A DNA stretch of 64,000 bases from Eledone cirrhosa. Its lineage: Eukaryota. Positions 12,210 through 24,366 of this stretch are shown in pieces. Within the stretch, counting starts at the first letter, position 1, and every line of letters starts with the position of its first letter. The translations under genes and the position numbers were made by a program. The stretch lies in contig OZ024743.1 in assembly GCA_964016885.1 (NCBI GenBank), positions 304,172,001-304,236,000 of the forward strand, in the 5' to 3' direction. The notes under the pieces were generated by a model. The model saw nothing but the letters and a program-made list of their open reading frames with translations, did not search any database and was not told where the DNA came from.

Positions 12210-12637
12210 CCTCGGCTGGATTTGAACTCAGACTGTAAAGGGACGTAACTATGCTAGAACGCATGGCGTCCAACCCTATACCGATACTGCCAGTTCACCA
12301 CCCTTTACCATATGAAGTAATAATGGCATTCAGTTAGAACAATAACAACGATTACAACAATGCTATTAATAAATTATTTGAGGAGACCCTGACATTACTT
12401 AGGTGGGGGGTATAGTGTATCTAAGATTTCGGCGTGTAAAACTAGCTGTCATGAGGCAAAAGTAAAAGTTTGGCATGTACAGAGTATCGAAGTGTGTATC
12501 AATTTTAAATTATAAAGATAAGCCAGTGTTTACAGTCTTTCTTTTCATCTTCAATAACATACATGAGTGGGACAACACTGTCAAAGCTAAATAGTTGTTG
12601 AGTTAATACAGAGGTTAAGGAGGTAATATACGCATAT

Positions 12638-12682
<45 letters not shown>

Positions 12683-15600
12683 CACATGCATGTGTACATA
12701 GACCCATACATACACATCAATATACACTCGTACAAAAATATACATACATGCAAAGAGATAAGCGTGCTAATTGTAATTATGGCAAAAGGAAGGTAAAGTT
12801 ACATTGTAGTAGTGATTTGAGAAAAACTAGGATTTAGGATCAAATGATGGCAGCAGCTGAGAAGGAATAAGTTTGTCGGTTGATGAGGTACTTACAGACA
12901 TGTGTGTGGTATAGACTTGTGAAGGCTAGAGTATACTTAATGAATATATCTTAATTTAAAGCTATGTTGTGTTGGTTCGATTCGCGGAGGTTTGAATCTT
13001 ATGAATTTAGTGGCAATTCTATGTCTGCAGAAGATAGATCTTTCTAACTTATTGTTAAGTAGCCTTTTTACATTTTGGAGGATATACAATAGCTCAAGAT
13101 CACATAGCCCGCAGTGGGACATACCTGTACTATAGGTTTTAGCAGCCGACAACTTCGACCAGTTAATACTGTAGTTAGTGCTACTGTCCTTCAGTTCCCA
13201 TATTTTTTTTTGGCGAGGGTTGTGGAACCCATAAGTGCACTGTTTTCATGAACATGATAAGTGAAACTAAATTTAAAAAAGGAACAAATCACAACAAATT
13301 GCAAAATGACTTAAATACACTACTAAAAAAACTAAAAGACACTAACGGTATCATAGTAAAAGCAGACAAAGCATCAAACGTATACTCTATGGACATTAAC
13401 ACATACAATAGCTTTATCCAGCGTGAACTACATAAAAAATATAAAAAACAAATGAATCTACACTCACCAGCATTAAGGTGGAGGGCCTCAAGATAGTTAA
13501 TAAACTCGGAATTCCAGATAGGACCGAACCGCTAACCCCGTGCAACCCAACATTTAACCTGAAGGATCACAAAAATAACTTTGAAACTAACCCCACCATT
13601 AAATTAATATGCCCATCCAAGTCAGACATAGGTAAAATTAGCAAGAACATTCTAGATAGGGTAATCGCACAAATAAAGGGTAAACTAGAAATCAATTTAT
13701 GGGGCAACACTAACGAGGCAATTAAATGGTTCAATAAAATACAAAATAGGGAGACGTGTAACTTCATACAATTTGATATAGACGACTACTATGCATCCAT
13801 ATCCCCAGCCCACCCTAGATTATATTTGCCCAAAATAACTCTGATCTTACCCATGATGAAATTGAAATAATAATAGCGGCTAGAAGGACTATCATAAAAT
13901 TTTAAAATAGCTACTGGGTAAGAAAGGATAGAATAAATAGCTTCGATATAACAATGGGATCAAATGATTCTGCGCAAATCACAGATATCGTGGGGCTATT
14001 CATAGCACACAACCTACATAAGGAATTCAGTAACCTCCAAGGAGGAATTTATAGGGACGACACGTTACTTATAGCTAGGAACCTAAACAACCAGAGCATG
14101 GAAAGACTAAGAAAAAATATTAGAATATTCTTCAAAAAACTAAGCCTAAATATTACTTACGAACTGAACCATAAGAAGGTAAATTTTCTAGATGTGACTC
14201 TAAATCTAAATACTGGATTAATAGAAGCTTTCAACAAAAATAATGAAAATCTTGCCTACATTAGTTACAACTCAAACCACCCCAAATCCATAATTAGATC
14301 CATAGCACGTAGTATATCCCTCCGAATATGCCGCTTATCCTCAAACCTAGACATCTTTAACGAGCATGCTGACTATTATAATGCAGCATTACGTAGGGCC
14401 GGTCATAAAGATAAACTGCAGTATATAGTGAATACAGACAACGTAAACAATCCTAGTAATTACTACTCCAACCGCTCACATAATAATAGAAATAACTTGA
14501 CTAGACATAGGGTTAGACACATAACACCTGGAGTAAACGGCCAAAACACTAATAACGTAAACCCAAGAAACAATAGAAGACACAGACAAAGAAAATACCT
14601 ATGGTTCAACCCAATATTCAACTCCTCTATAAAAACTAGACTGCCCTCTACATTCTTTAAACTAATAGATAAACACTTCCCTATCTCGCATAGATATCAC
14701 AAAATACTCAATAGATCTACTATAAAACTCTCATACTCAACAGCAGCAAACATAGAATCACACATACTCAAGATCAACCACAGAAATATCTCTAGTAAAT
14801 CAACTGCACCTATACATAACGTAGCACCAAATTATAAGCACAAACACATCACAACATCACAACCACAAGCGCATACAAACGCGCAGCAGCAAAACCCAAT
14901 TGGGCATATATCACAACCCACTTATATACAGAGTACTAAACAGGAATGTAAAAGCTGCACAAAATAGCGCCTCAAACTGTAACTGTCACCTACCAGATAG
15001 GTGCCCATTGGCGAACAGATGTCTCGATTCGAGCCTAGTGTACATGTGCACGGTCATCTCGGGTAACTCCACCTGGAATTACATAGGATCCACCGCGGGT
15101 TCTTTTAAAAAAAGATGGCATGTGCACAGGCACTCAATGAAAAACCGTGCACTTATGGGTTCCACAACCCTCGCCAAAAAAATATGGGAACTGAAGGACA
15201 GCAGCACTAACTACAGTATTAACTGGTCGAAGTTGTCGGCTGCTAAAACCTATAGTACAGGTATGTCCCACTGCGGGCTATGTGATCTTGAGCTATTGTA
15301 TATCCTCCAAAATGTAAAAAGGCTACTTAACGATAAGTTAGAAAGATCTATCTTCTGCAGACATAGAATTGCCACTAAATTCATAAGATTCAAACCTCCG
15401 TGAATCGAACCAACACAACATAGCTTTAAATTAGGATACCTACTACCCACAGAAATATATTCATTAAGTATACTCAAGCCTTCACAAGTCTATACCACAC
15501 AAATGTCTGTAAGTACCGCATCAACCCACAAACATATTCCTTCTCAGCTGCTGCCATCATTTGATCCTAAATCCTAGTTTTTCTCAAATCACTACTACAA

Positions 15601-15988
15601 TGTAACTTTACCTTCCTTTTGACATAATTACAATTAGCACGCTTATCTCTTTGCATGTATGTATATTTTTGTACTAGTGTATATTGATGTGTATGTATGT
15701 GTCTATGTACACATGCATGTGTATATATATATATATGTGTGTGTATATATGTGTGTGTGTGTGTGTGTATACATATATGCGTATATTACCTCCTTAACCT
15801 CTGTATTAACACAACAACTATTTAGCTTTGACAGTGTTGTCCCACTCATGTATGTTATTGAAGATGAAAAGAAAGACTGTAAACACTGGCTTATCTTTAT
15901 AATTTAAAATTGATACACACTTCGATACTCTGTACATGCCAAACTTTTACTTTTGCCTCATGACAGCTAGTTTTACACGCCGAAATCT
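12210..15988. mobile_element. Duplicated SINE half, PLE-A minus-strand 3' part and PLE-A plus-strand copy
   Basis: Copy of 5512-9290. Confidence 0.9.
13248..15403 (+). pseudogene. PLE-A polyprotein (RT + GIY-YIG), frameshifted, duplicate
   Basis: Translations identical to 6550-8705. Confidence 0.92.
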
Positions 15989-16204
15989 GTGTGTGTGTGT
16001 CTATGCTGTTTGGCACGCGTATAGAAATTGGTTATACAAATTTTAGCATAACATTGTTCGATTAATTGGAGATAAATCTCTCTTGAAACATGTATAACTA
16101 AAAATGATTTAAAAGGAAATTTTTACCATTCATATACATTATTATATATACTTATATATATACATTTTTCTCTCTCTCTCTCTCTATGACTTAACTGAGA
16201 ATAG

Positions 16205-16286
16205 ACTCCCTGATGACGCAATGAATTCTCGACAGTTGGATTACGTAACTGTCTTTATCCCATTGCAGAAACTAATTAGTTGGAGT
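16205..16286 (+). ncRNA. Type I hammerhead ribozyme (array unit)
   Basis: Identical to 9507-9588. Confidence 0.88.
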
Positions 16287-16786
16287 GAAAATTTAAGTAA
16301 GTAAAAAAAAAAAAAAAAATTTTTTTTTAAAATTTTTTAAAAATTTTTTTTAAAAAATATTTTCTTATTTTACGTCCTTTATATTATTGTTCTGCATTCT
16401 CCTGCATTGAACCACCTAGGTACTATGACATAACCTGTGTATTTGCTGGCATGGGCGTGCATCTGTGCGCTTATGTTAGTTGATATATTAAATTATCTAT
16501 ATTTATCTCCAAATCACTGATTTGTCGAGCAAACTTGTCAAAACCACTTCTAAAAAAAAATTTTTTTGGGGTGTTAGTAGGCGTCAGTCATCTTACCATC
16601 CCATTCCTTCTAACTAGCCTCTGTGTCACGTGATTGATTCTTTAGAATCGGCCATTTGACTTGAAGCAGTGAGAATTTCGGCACATAGAATCCAGTCCTC
16701 GCAAGCAGTTCGATCTACCGAATTATTATTATTTTTATATGAGCCGCCAGTGTCCGCGCATTGCCTGGAGACTTAACTGAGAATAG

Positions 16787-16868
16787 ACTCCCTGATGACG
16801 CAATGAATTCTCGACAGTTGGATTACGTAACTGTCTTTATCCCATTGCAGAAACTAATTAGTTGGAGT
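16787..16868 (+). ncRNA. Type I hammerhead ribozyme (array unit)
   Basis: Identical to 9507-9588. Confidence 0.88.
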
Positions 16869-17360
16869 GAAAATTTAAGTAAGTAAAAAAAAATTTTTTT
16901 AAAAATTTTTTAAAAAATTTTTTTTAAAAAATATTTTCTTATTTTACGTCCTTTATATTATTGTTCTGCATTCTCCTGCATTGAACCACCTAGGTACTAT
17001 GACATAACCTGTGTATCTGCTGGCATGGGCGTGCATATGTGCGCTTATGTTAGTTGATATATTAAATTATCTATATTTATCTCCAAATCACTGATTTGTC
17101 GAGCAAACTTGTCAAAACCACTTCTAAAAAAAAATTTTTTTGGGGTGTTAGTAGGCGTCAGTCATCTTACCATCCCATTCCTTCTAACTAGCCTCTGTGT
17201 CACGTGATTGATTCTTTAGAATCGGCCATTTGACTTGAAGCAGTGAGAATTTCGGCACATAGAATCCAGTCCTCGCAAGCTGTTCGATCTACCGAATTAT
17301 TATTATTTTTATATGAGCCGCCAGTGTCCGCGCATTGCCTGGAGACTTAACTGAGAATAG

Positions 17361-17442
17361 ACTCCCTGATGACGCAATGAATTCTCGACAGTTGGATTAC
17401 GTAACTGTCTTTATCCCATTGCAGAAACTAATTAGTTGGAGT
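17361..17442 (+). ncRNA. Type I hammerhead ribozyme (array unit)
   Basis: Identical to 9507-9588. Confidence 0.88.
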
Positions 17443-17934
17443 GAAAATTTAAGTAAGTAAAAAAAAATTTTTTTAAAAAATTTTTAAAAAATTTTTTTTA
17501 AAAAATATTTTCTTATTTTACGTCCTTTATATTATTGTTCTGCATTCTCCTGCATTGAACCACCTAGGTACTATGACATAACCTGTGTATCTGCTGGCAT
17601 GGGCGTGCATATGTGCGCTTATGTTAGTTGATATATTAAATTATCTATATTTATCTCCAAATCACTGATTTGTCGAGCAAACTTGTCAAAACCACTTCTA
17701 AAAAAAAATTTTTTTGGGGTGTTAGTAGGCGTCAGTCATCTTACCATCCCATTCCTTCTAACTAGCCTCTGTGTCACGTGATTGATTCTTTAGAATCGGC
17801 CATTTGACTTGAAGCAGTGAGAATTTCGGCACATAGAATCCAGTCCTCGCAAGCTGTTCGATCTACCGAATTATTATTATTTTTATATGAGCCGCCAGTG
17901 TCCGCGCATTGCCTGGAGACTTAACTGAGAATAG

Positions 17935-18016
17935 ACTCCCTGATGACGCAATGAATTCTCGACAGTTGGATTACGTAACTGTCTTTATCCCATTGCAGAA
18001 ACTAATTAGTTGGAGT
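17935..18016 (+). ncRNA. Type I hammerhead ribozyme (array unit)
   Basis: Identical to 9507-9588. Confidence 0.88.
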
Positions 18017-18508
18017 GAAAATTTAAGTAAGTAAAAAAAAATTTTTTAAAAAAATTTTTTTAAAATTTTTTTTAAAAAATATTTTCTTATTTTACGTCCT
18101 TTATATTATTGTTCTGCATTCTCCTGCATTGAACCACCTAGGTACTATGACATAACCTGTGTATTTGCTGGCATGGGCGTGCATCTGTGCGCTTATGTTA
18201 GTTGATATATTAAATTATCTATATTTATCTCCAAATCACTGATTTGTCGAGCAAACTTGTCAAAACCACTTCTAAAAAAAAATTTTTTTGGGGTGTTAGT
18301 AGGCGTCAGTCATCTTACCATCCCATTCCTTCTAACTAGCCTCTGTGTCACGTGATTGATTCTTTAGAATCGGCCATTTGACTTGAAGCAGTGAGAATTT
18401 CGGCACATAGAATCCAGTCCTCGCAAGCTGTTCGATCTACCGAATTATTATTATTTTTATATGAGCCGCCAGTGTCCGCGCATTGCCTGGAGACTTAACT
18501 GAGAATAG

Positions 18509-18590
18509 ACTCCCTGATGACGCAATGAATTCTCGACAGTTGGATTACGTAACTGTCTTTATCCCATTGCAGAAACTAATTAGTTGGAGT
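18509..18590 (+). ncRNA. Type I hammerhead ribozyme (array unit)
   Basis: Identical to 9507-9588. Confidence 0.88.
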
Positions 18591-19088
18591 GAAAATTTAA
18601 GTAAGTAAAAAAAAAAAAAAAATTTTTTTTAAAAATTTTTAAAAATTTTTTTAAAAAAATATTTTCTTATTTTACGTCCTTTATATTATTGTTCTGCATT
18701 CTCCTGCATTGAACCACCTAGGTACTATGACATAACCTGTGTATTTGCTGGCATGGGCGTGCATCTGTGCGCTTATGTTAGTTGATATATTAAATTATCT
18801 ATATTTATCTCCAAATCACTGATTTGTCGAGCAAACTTGTCAAAACCACTTCTAAAAAAAAATTTTTTGGGGGTGTTAGTAGGCGTCAGTCATCTTACCA
18901 TCCCATTCCTTCTAACTAGCCTCTGTGTCACGTGATTGATTCTTTAGAATCGGCCATTTGACTTGAAGCAGTGAGAATTTCGGCACATAGAATCCAGTCC
19001 TCGCAAGCTGTTCGATCTACCGAATTATTATTATTTTTATATGAGCCGCCAGTGTCCGCGCATTGCCTGGAGACTTAACTGAGAATAG

Positions 19089-19170
19089 ACTCCCTGATGA
19101 CGCAATGAATTCTCGACAGTTGGATTACGTAACTGTCTTTATCCCATTGCAGAAACTAATTAGTTGGAGT
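19089..19170 (+). ncRNA. Type I hammerhead ribozyme (array unit)
   Basis: Identical to 9507-9588. Confidence 0.88.
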
Positions 19171-19659
19171 GAAAATTTAAGTAAGTAAAAAAAGAAATTT
19201 TTTTTAAAAATTTTTTAAAAATTTTTTTAAAAAAATATTTTCTTATTTTACGTCCTTTATATTATTGTTCTGCATTCTCCTGCATTGAACCACCTAGGTA
19301 CTATGACATAACCTGTGTATTTGCTGGCATGGGCGTGCATCTGTGCGCTTATGTTAGTTGATATATTAAATTATCTATATTTATCTCCAAATCACTGATT
19401 TGTCGAGCAAACTTGTCAAAACCACTTCTAAAAAAAAATTTTTTTGGGGTGTTAGTAGGCGTCAGTCATCTTACCATTCCTTCTAACTAGCCTCTGTGTC
19501 ACGTGATTGATTCTTTAGAATCGGCCATTTGACTTGAAGCAGTGAGAATTTCGGCACATAGAATCCAGTCCTCGCAAGCTGTTCGATCTACCGAATTATT
19601 ATTATTTTTATATGAGCCGCCAGTGTCCGCGCATTGCCTGGAGACTTAACTGAGAATAG

Positions 19660-19741
19660 ACTCCCTGATGACGCAATGAATTCTCGACAGTTGGATTACG
19701 TAACTGTCTTTATCCCATTGCAGAAACTAATTAGTTGGAGT
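19660..19741 (+). ncRNA. Type I hammerhead ribozyme (array unit)
   Basis: Identical to 9507-9588. Confidence 0.88.
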
Positions 19742-20233
19742 GAAAATTTAAGTAAGTAAAAAAAAATTTTTTAAAAAAATTTTTTTTTAATTTTTTTTAA
19801 AAAATATTTTCTTATTTTACGTCCTTTATATTATTGTTCTGCATTCTCCTGCATTGAACCACCTAGGTACTATGACATAACCTGTGTATTTGCTGGCATG
19901 GGCGTGCATCTGTGCGCTTATGTTAGTTGATATATTAAATTATCTATATTTATCTCCAAATCACTGATTTGTCGAGCAAACTTGTCAAAACCACTTCTAA
20001 AAAAAAATTTTTTTGGGGTTTTCGTAGGCGTCAGTCATCTTACCATCCCATTCCTTCTAACTAGCCTCTGTGTCACGTGATTGATTCTTTAGAATCGGCC
20101 ATTTGACTTGAAGCAGTGAGAATTTCGGCACATAGAATCCAGTCCTCGCAAGCAGTTCGATCTACCGAATTATTATTATTTTTATATGAGCCGCCAGTGT
20201 CCGCGCATTGCCTGGAGACTTAACTGAGAATAG

Positions 20234-20315
20234 ACTCCCTGATGACGCAATGAATTCTCGACAGTTGGATTACGTAACTGTCTTTATCCCATTGCAGAAA
20301 CTAATTAGTTGGAGT
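20234..20315 (+). ncRNA. Type I hammerhead ribozyme (array unit)
   Basis: Identical to 9507-9588. Confidence 0.88.
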
Positions 20316-20785
20316 GAAAATTTAAGTAAGTAAAAAAAAAAATTTTTTTTTTAAAATATTTTCTTATTTTACGTCCTTTATATTATTGTTCTGCATTCTC
20401 CTGCATTGAACCACCTAGGTACTATGACATAACCTGTGTATTTGCTGGCATGGGCGTGCATCTGTGCGCTTATGTTAGTTGATATATTAAATTATCTATA
20501 TTTATCTCCAAATCACTGATTTGTCGAGCAAACTTGTCAAAACCACTTCTAAAAAAAAATTTTTTTGGGGTGTTAGTAGGCGTCAGTCATCTTACCATCC
20601 CATTCCTTCTAACTAGCCTCTGTGTCACGTGATTGATTCTTTAGAATCGGCCATTTGACTTGAAGCAGTGAGAATTTCGGCACATAGAATCCAGTCCTCG
20701 CAAGCTGTTCGATCTACCGAATTATTATTATTTTTATATGAGCCGCCAGTGTCCGCGCATTGCCTGGAGACTTAACTGAGAATAG

Positions 20786-20867
20786 ACTCCCTGATGACGC
20801 AATGAATTCTCGACAGTTGGATTACGTAACTGTCTTTATCCCATTGCAGAAACTAATTAGTTGGAGT
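20786..20867 (+). ncRNA. Type I hammerhead ribozyme (array unit)
   Basis: Identical to 9507-9588. Confidence 0.88.
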
Positions 20868-21067
20868 GAAAATTTAAGTAAGTAAAAAAAAATTTTTTTA
20901 AAAATTTTTTTAAAATTTTTTTAAAAAAATATTTTCTTATTTTACGTCCTTTATATTATTGTTCTGCATTCTCCTGCATTGAACCACCTAGGTACTATGA
21001 CATAACCTGTGTATTTGCTGGCATGGGCGTGCATCTGTGCGCTTATGTTAGTTGATATATTAAATTA

Positions 21068-21134
<67 letters not shown>

Positions 21135-21177
21135 CGAGAGAGAGAAAGAGAGAGATAAGTTATTCCGGGTTCAGTCA

Positions 21178-21215
<38 letters not shown>

Positions 21216-21339
21216 ATACATTATCCGGGAAAGCTTGTTTGTGATACTCCGGCCAAATTCCTACTCACTCAACAAACATTAGAAATAAGTGAGTATATTC
21301 CTAATTAAACGTTCCGGGTGCTAACTAAATGTGTGATTT

Positions 21340-22039
21340 ACCATCTGATTAACTGGTGAAATATATTTCTTTAATGGAATATATACAGGGAAGATTAATC
21401 ATATTAAAATGTATCTATTTATTTGTTACCCAACTAGCTATGCGTGGTTAAACGTTTGTAAAAAATATCTCCTGTGATTATTCATGTTTATATATGTTAA
21501 TCAATTTCTAGTTATTATAAAATGATCGGACCTATCTTTGAGCTTATTTCCGGGCGATATGGCGCACGCCGTTATGGCATGACACCCACAATTTCGATTT
21601 GGATTAAATTCATTTAATTTATCTTAATTTTGGATATACATATATATATACGGCTCCTTAATTGTAGAGCTAATTCTGTTGAAGGGAATTGACTGCTATT
21701 TCTAGTTGTCGAATACCTATTCACGCCACTGAGACGAGACTGCTGTCATGTGTAAGAGCAACACGTGGTAGCGGCCAGTTGGAGATTTGAACTCGCTGTG
21801 TGAGCATTGATAGCTGTCATTATTCCTCCATGTTGATAATCCAATAATATCCACTTTCTGTGAGTAACCATCTGATTAATTGGTGAAATATATTTCTTTA
21901 ATGGAATATATACAGGGAAGATTAATCATATTAAAAGGTATCTATGTATTTGTTACCCAACTAGCTATGCGTGGTTACACGCTTGTAAAAAATATCTCCT
22001 GTGATTATTCATGTTTATATATGTTAATCAATTTCTAGC

Positions 22040-22045
<6 letters not shown>
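21340..22045. repeat. ~180-bp direct repeats about 528 bp apart
   Basis: accatctgattaa...tttctag(t/c)tattata at ~21340-21518 and ~21867-22045. Confidence 0.75.
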
Positions 22046-22092
<47 letters not shown>

Positions 22093-22096
<4 letters not shown>

Positions 22097-22360
22097 TGCT
22101 TTGGGAGGGTCATGTTGCCAATAAGAAACACACGCACCATAGCTTTCATTCCAATTTATTATTAATTAAATTTATAAATTTAAGAATTTATAAATTTCCG
22201 GTTGGTTGGTTGGTTCCACAACCAGACGATTGTTCATATATTGTCAAAGTTCTTTCGTCACACAGTATGTGACCTCTTCACTGATTGGGGATTCTTTTCT
22301 TTCTATTTGTGCCTCTCCTTTGTTCTGTCCTACGCCATCTTGTTTTTCTTCTGTGGGGAC
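22093..22360 (-). mobile_element. PLE family B 3' terminus fragment with degenerate HHR (22243-22285)
   Basis: Homologous to 24367-24610 and 53382-53635. Confidence 0.8.
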
Positions 22361-22420
22361 TGTCAACTTTGCAATTTTCAACTGTAGAAAATTGTACACT
22401 TGAGTGTCACCACAGAATAT

Positions 22421-22458
22421 GAAGCTGAAGAATGTGAAAGCATGAAAGTACTTATTTT
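22421..22458 (+). ncRNA. Minimal type I hammerhead (helix I decayed)
   Basis: CTGAAGA-ATGT-GAAA-GCAT-GAA-AGTACT-T; paralog of 1320-1356. Confidence 0.55.
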
Positions 22459-22660
22459 ATTAACACTTAACATTTAACATTCTACCATTCTATTTTATTC
22501 TCATACCATTATAATTTTAAAGGATTGTAAATAAAACGAGTATATCAGACAAAGTTGGAATTCCTTTTATTAATATAATACTCTATACACAATCATACAC
22601 ACCCGTGAATATTTATGTATATATATATATATGTAGTGACAGAATGAAGAGTAACATGGT

Positions 22661-22733
<73 letters not shown>

Positions 22734-23079
22734 TAATACAGTATGTACAGAAGAAAAGAGAAAAAGGTGTATTTCTCAAATAGGAGGGTTAGGGAACCAC
22801 TAGATTAAAGAATATAAAGTATACGAAAGGTGTGGAAAATACAAGATAATTAAAAGTTAAATTAAAATATACAAACCCATATTTATAGCTATAAAACACC
22901 TGAACACCTGGACACCTCGAAAAGGAGAATATTTCCCCATAGACAATGTTGATACCATACCAACAGAAAAAACGCACATGGTGTAGGAAACGAGAACACG
23001 CGTTCCAGACACTCATAGTGGCTTGAATGGATTAAGAAATCACTAAAAAAAAAAAATATGTATATGCATGCATACATAT

Positions 23080-23176
<97 letters not shown>

Positions 23177-23325
23177 CATATATATTTTTTTTATCCCGTT
23201 TCTTGATCCATTCAAGCTACTATGTATATACATACACATATATATATCCAGGAGATTCCAACCAGAATGGTTGTTTTTTTTTAAGGGTATGTCAATATTT
23301 ATTTATAAAACTAACCTATATTATA

Positions 23326-23387
23326 TTTTATCTGATGAAAGCGCTCCATAGTTTGGTCTGGTGGCCCTTGAAATATGTATAATGAAA
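23326..23387 (+). ncRNA. Type I hammerhead related to the PLE-F terminus
   Basis: TTTTAT-CTGATGA-AAG...CTT-GAA-ATATGTAT-A-ATGAAA; flanks resemble 62070-62205. Confidence 0.7.
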
Positions 23388-23875
23388 TAAATATGGTTTT
23401 ATAAATATAGTTTCCATTTGTTATTATGTTGTATATATATATATATATATATATTGTATATGCATATATATTTGTTTTACCGGTTCCTTGATCCATTCCA
23501 GCCACTATGTATATACATACATATATATTCATACATATGGGTGTGTATGTGCGTGCGTGTGAGTGTGCGTGTGTGTGTATTCGTGTGTGTGCGTACGTGT
23601 GTGTGTGTGTGTGTGTGTATTTGCGTATGTGTGGTGTGTGTGTGTGTGTGTGTGTGTATTTGCGTATGTGTGGTGTGTGTGTGTGTGTGTGTGTCTGTGT
23701 TTGTGTGTGTGTCTATGCTGTTTGGCACGCGTATAGAAATTGTTTATACAAATTTTAGCATAACATTGTTCGATTAATTGGAGATTAAGCTCTATTGAAA
23801 CATGTGTAACTAAAAATGATTTAAAAGGAAATTTTTTCCATTCATGTACATGATTATATATACTTATGTATATAC

Positions 23876-24320
<445 letters not shown>

Positions 24321-24366
24321 TAAGTTATTCCGGGTTCAATCAGGGTTTATATATATATATATATAT

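Larger units (their letters stand above)
9490..12212 (+). mobile_element. Retrozyme-like tandem array, 574-582-bp non-coding unit with one hammerhead per unit (4 full units + 1 partial)
   Basis: Unit starts 9490, 10072, 10646, 11220, 11794; no ORF; HHR at the start of each unit. Confidence 0.85.
5512..18910. repeat. 6,698-bp tandem segmental duplication
   Basis: 5512-12212 recurs at 12210-18910; identical ORF pairs at offset 6698 (6550/13248, 7256/13954); CCT microhomology at the junction. Confidence 0.92.
16188..21072 (+). mobile_element. Retrozyme-like tandem array (8 full units + 1 partial)
   Basis: Unit starts 16188, 16770, 17344, 17918, 18492, 19072, 19643, 20217, 20769; lengths 552-582; runs into (TA)n. 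Confidence 0.85.

Noticed and set aside
9490-21072. CRISPR array, or 5S/histone/tRNA gene cluster
   Set aside because: Whole units are near-identical with no unique spacers; no cas genes; no recognisable 5S, tRNA or histone sequence
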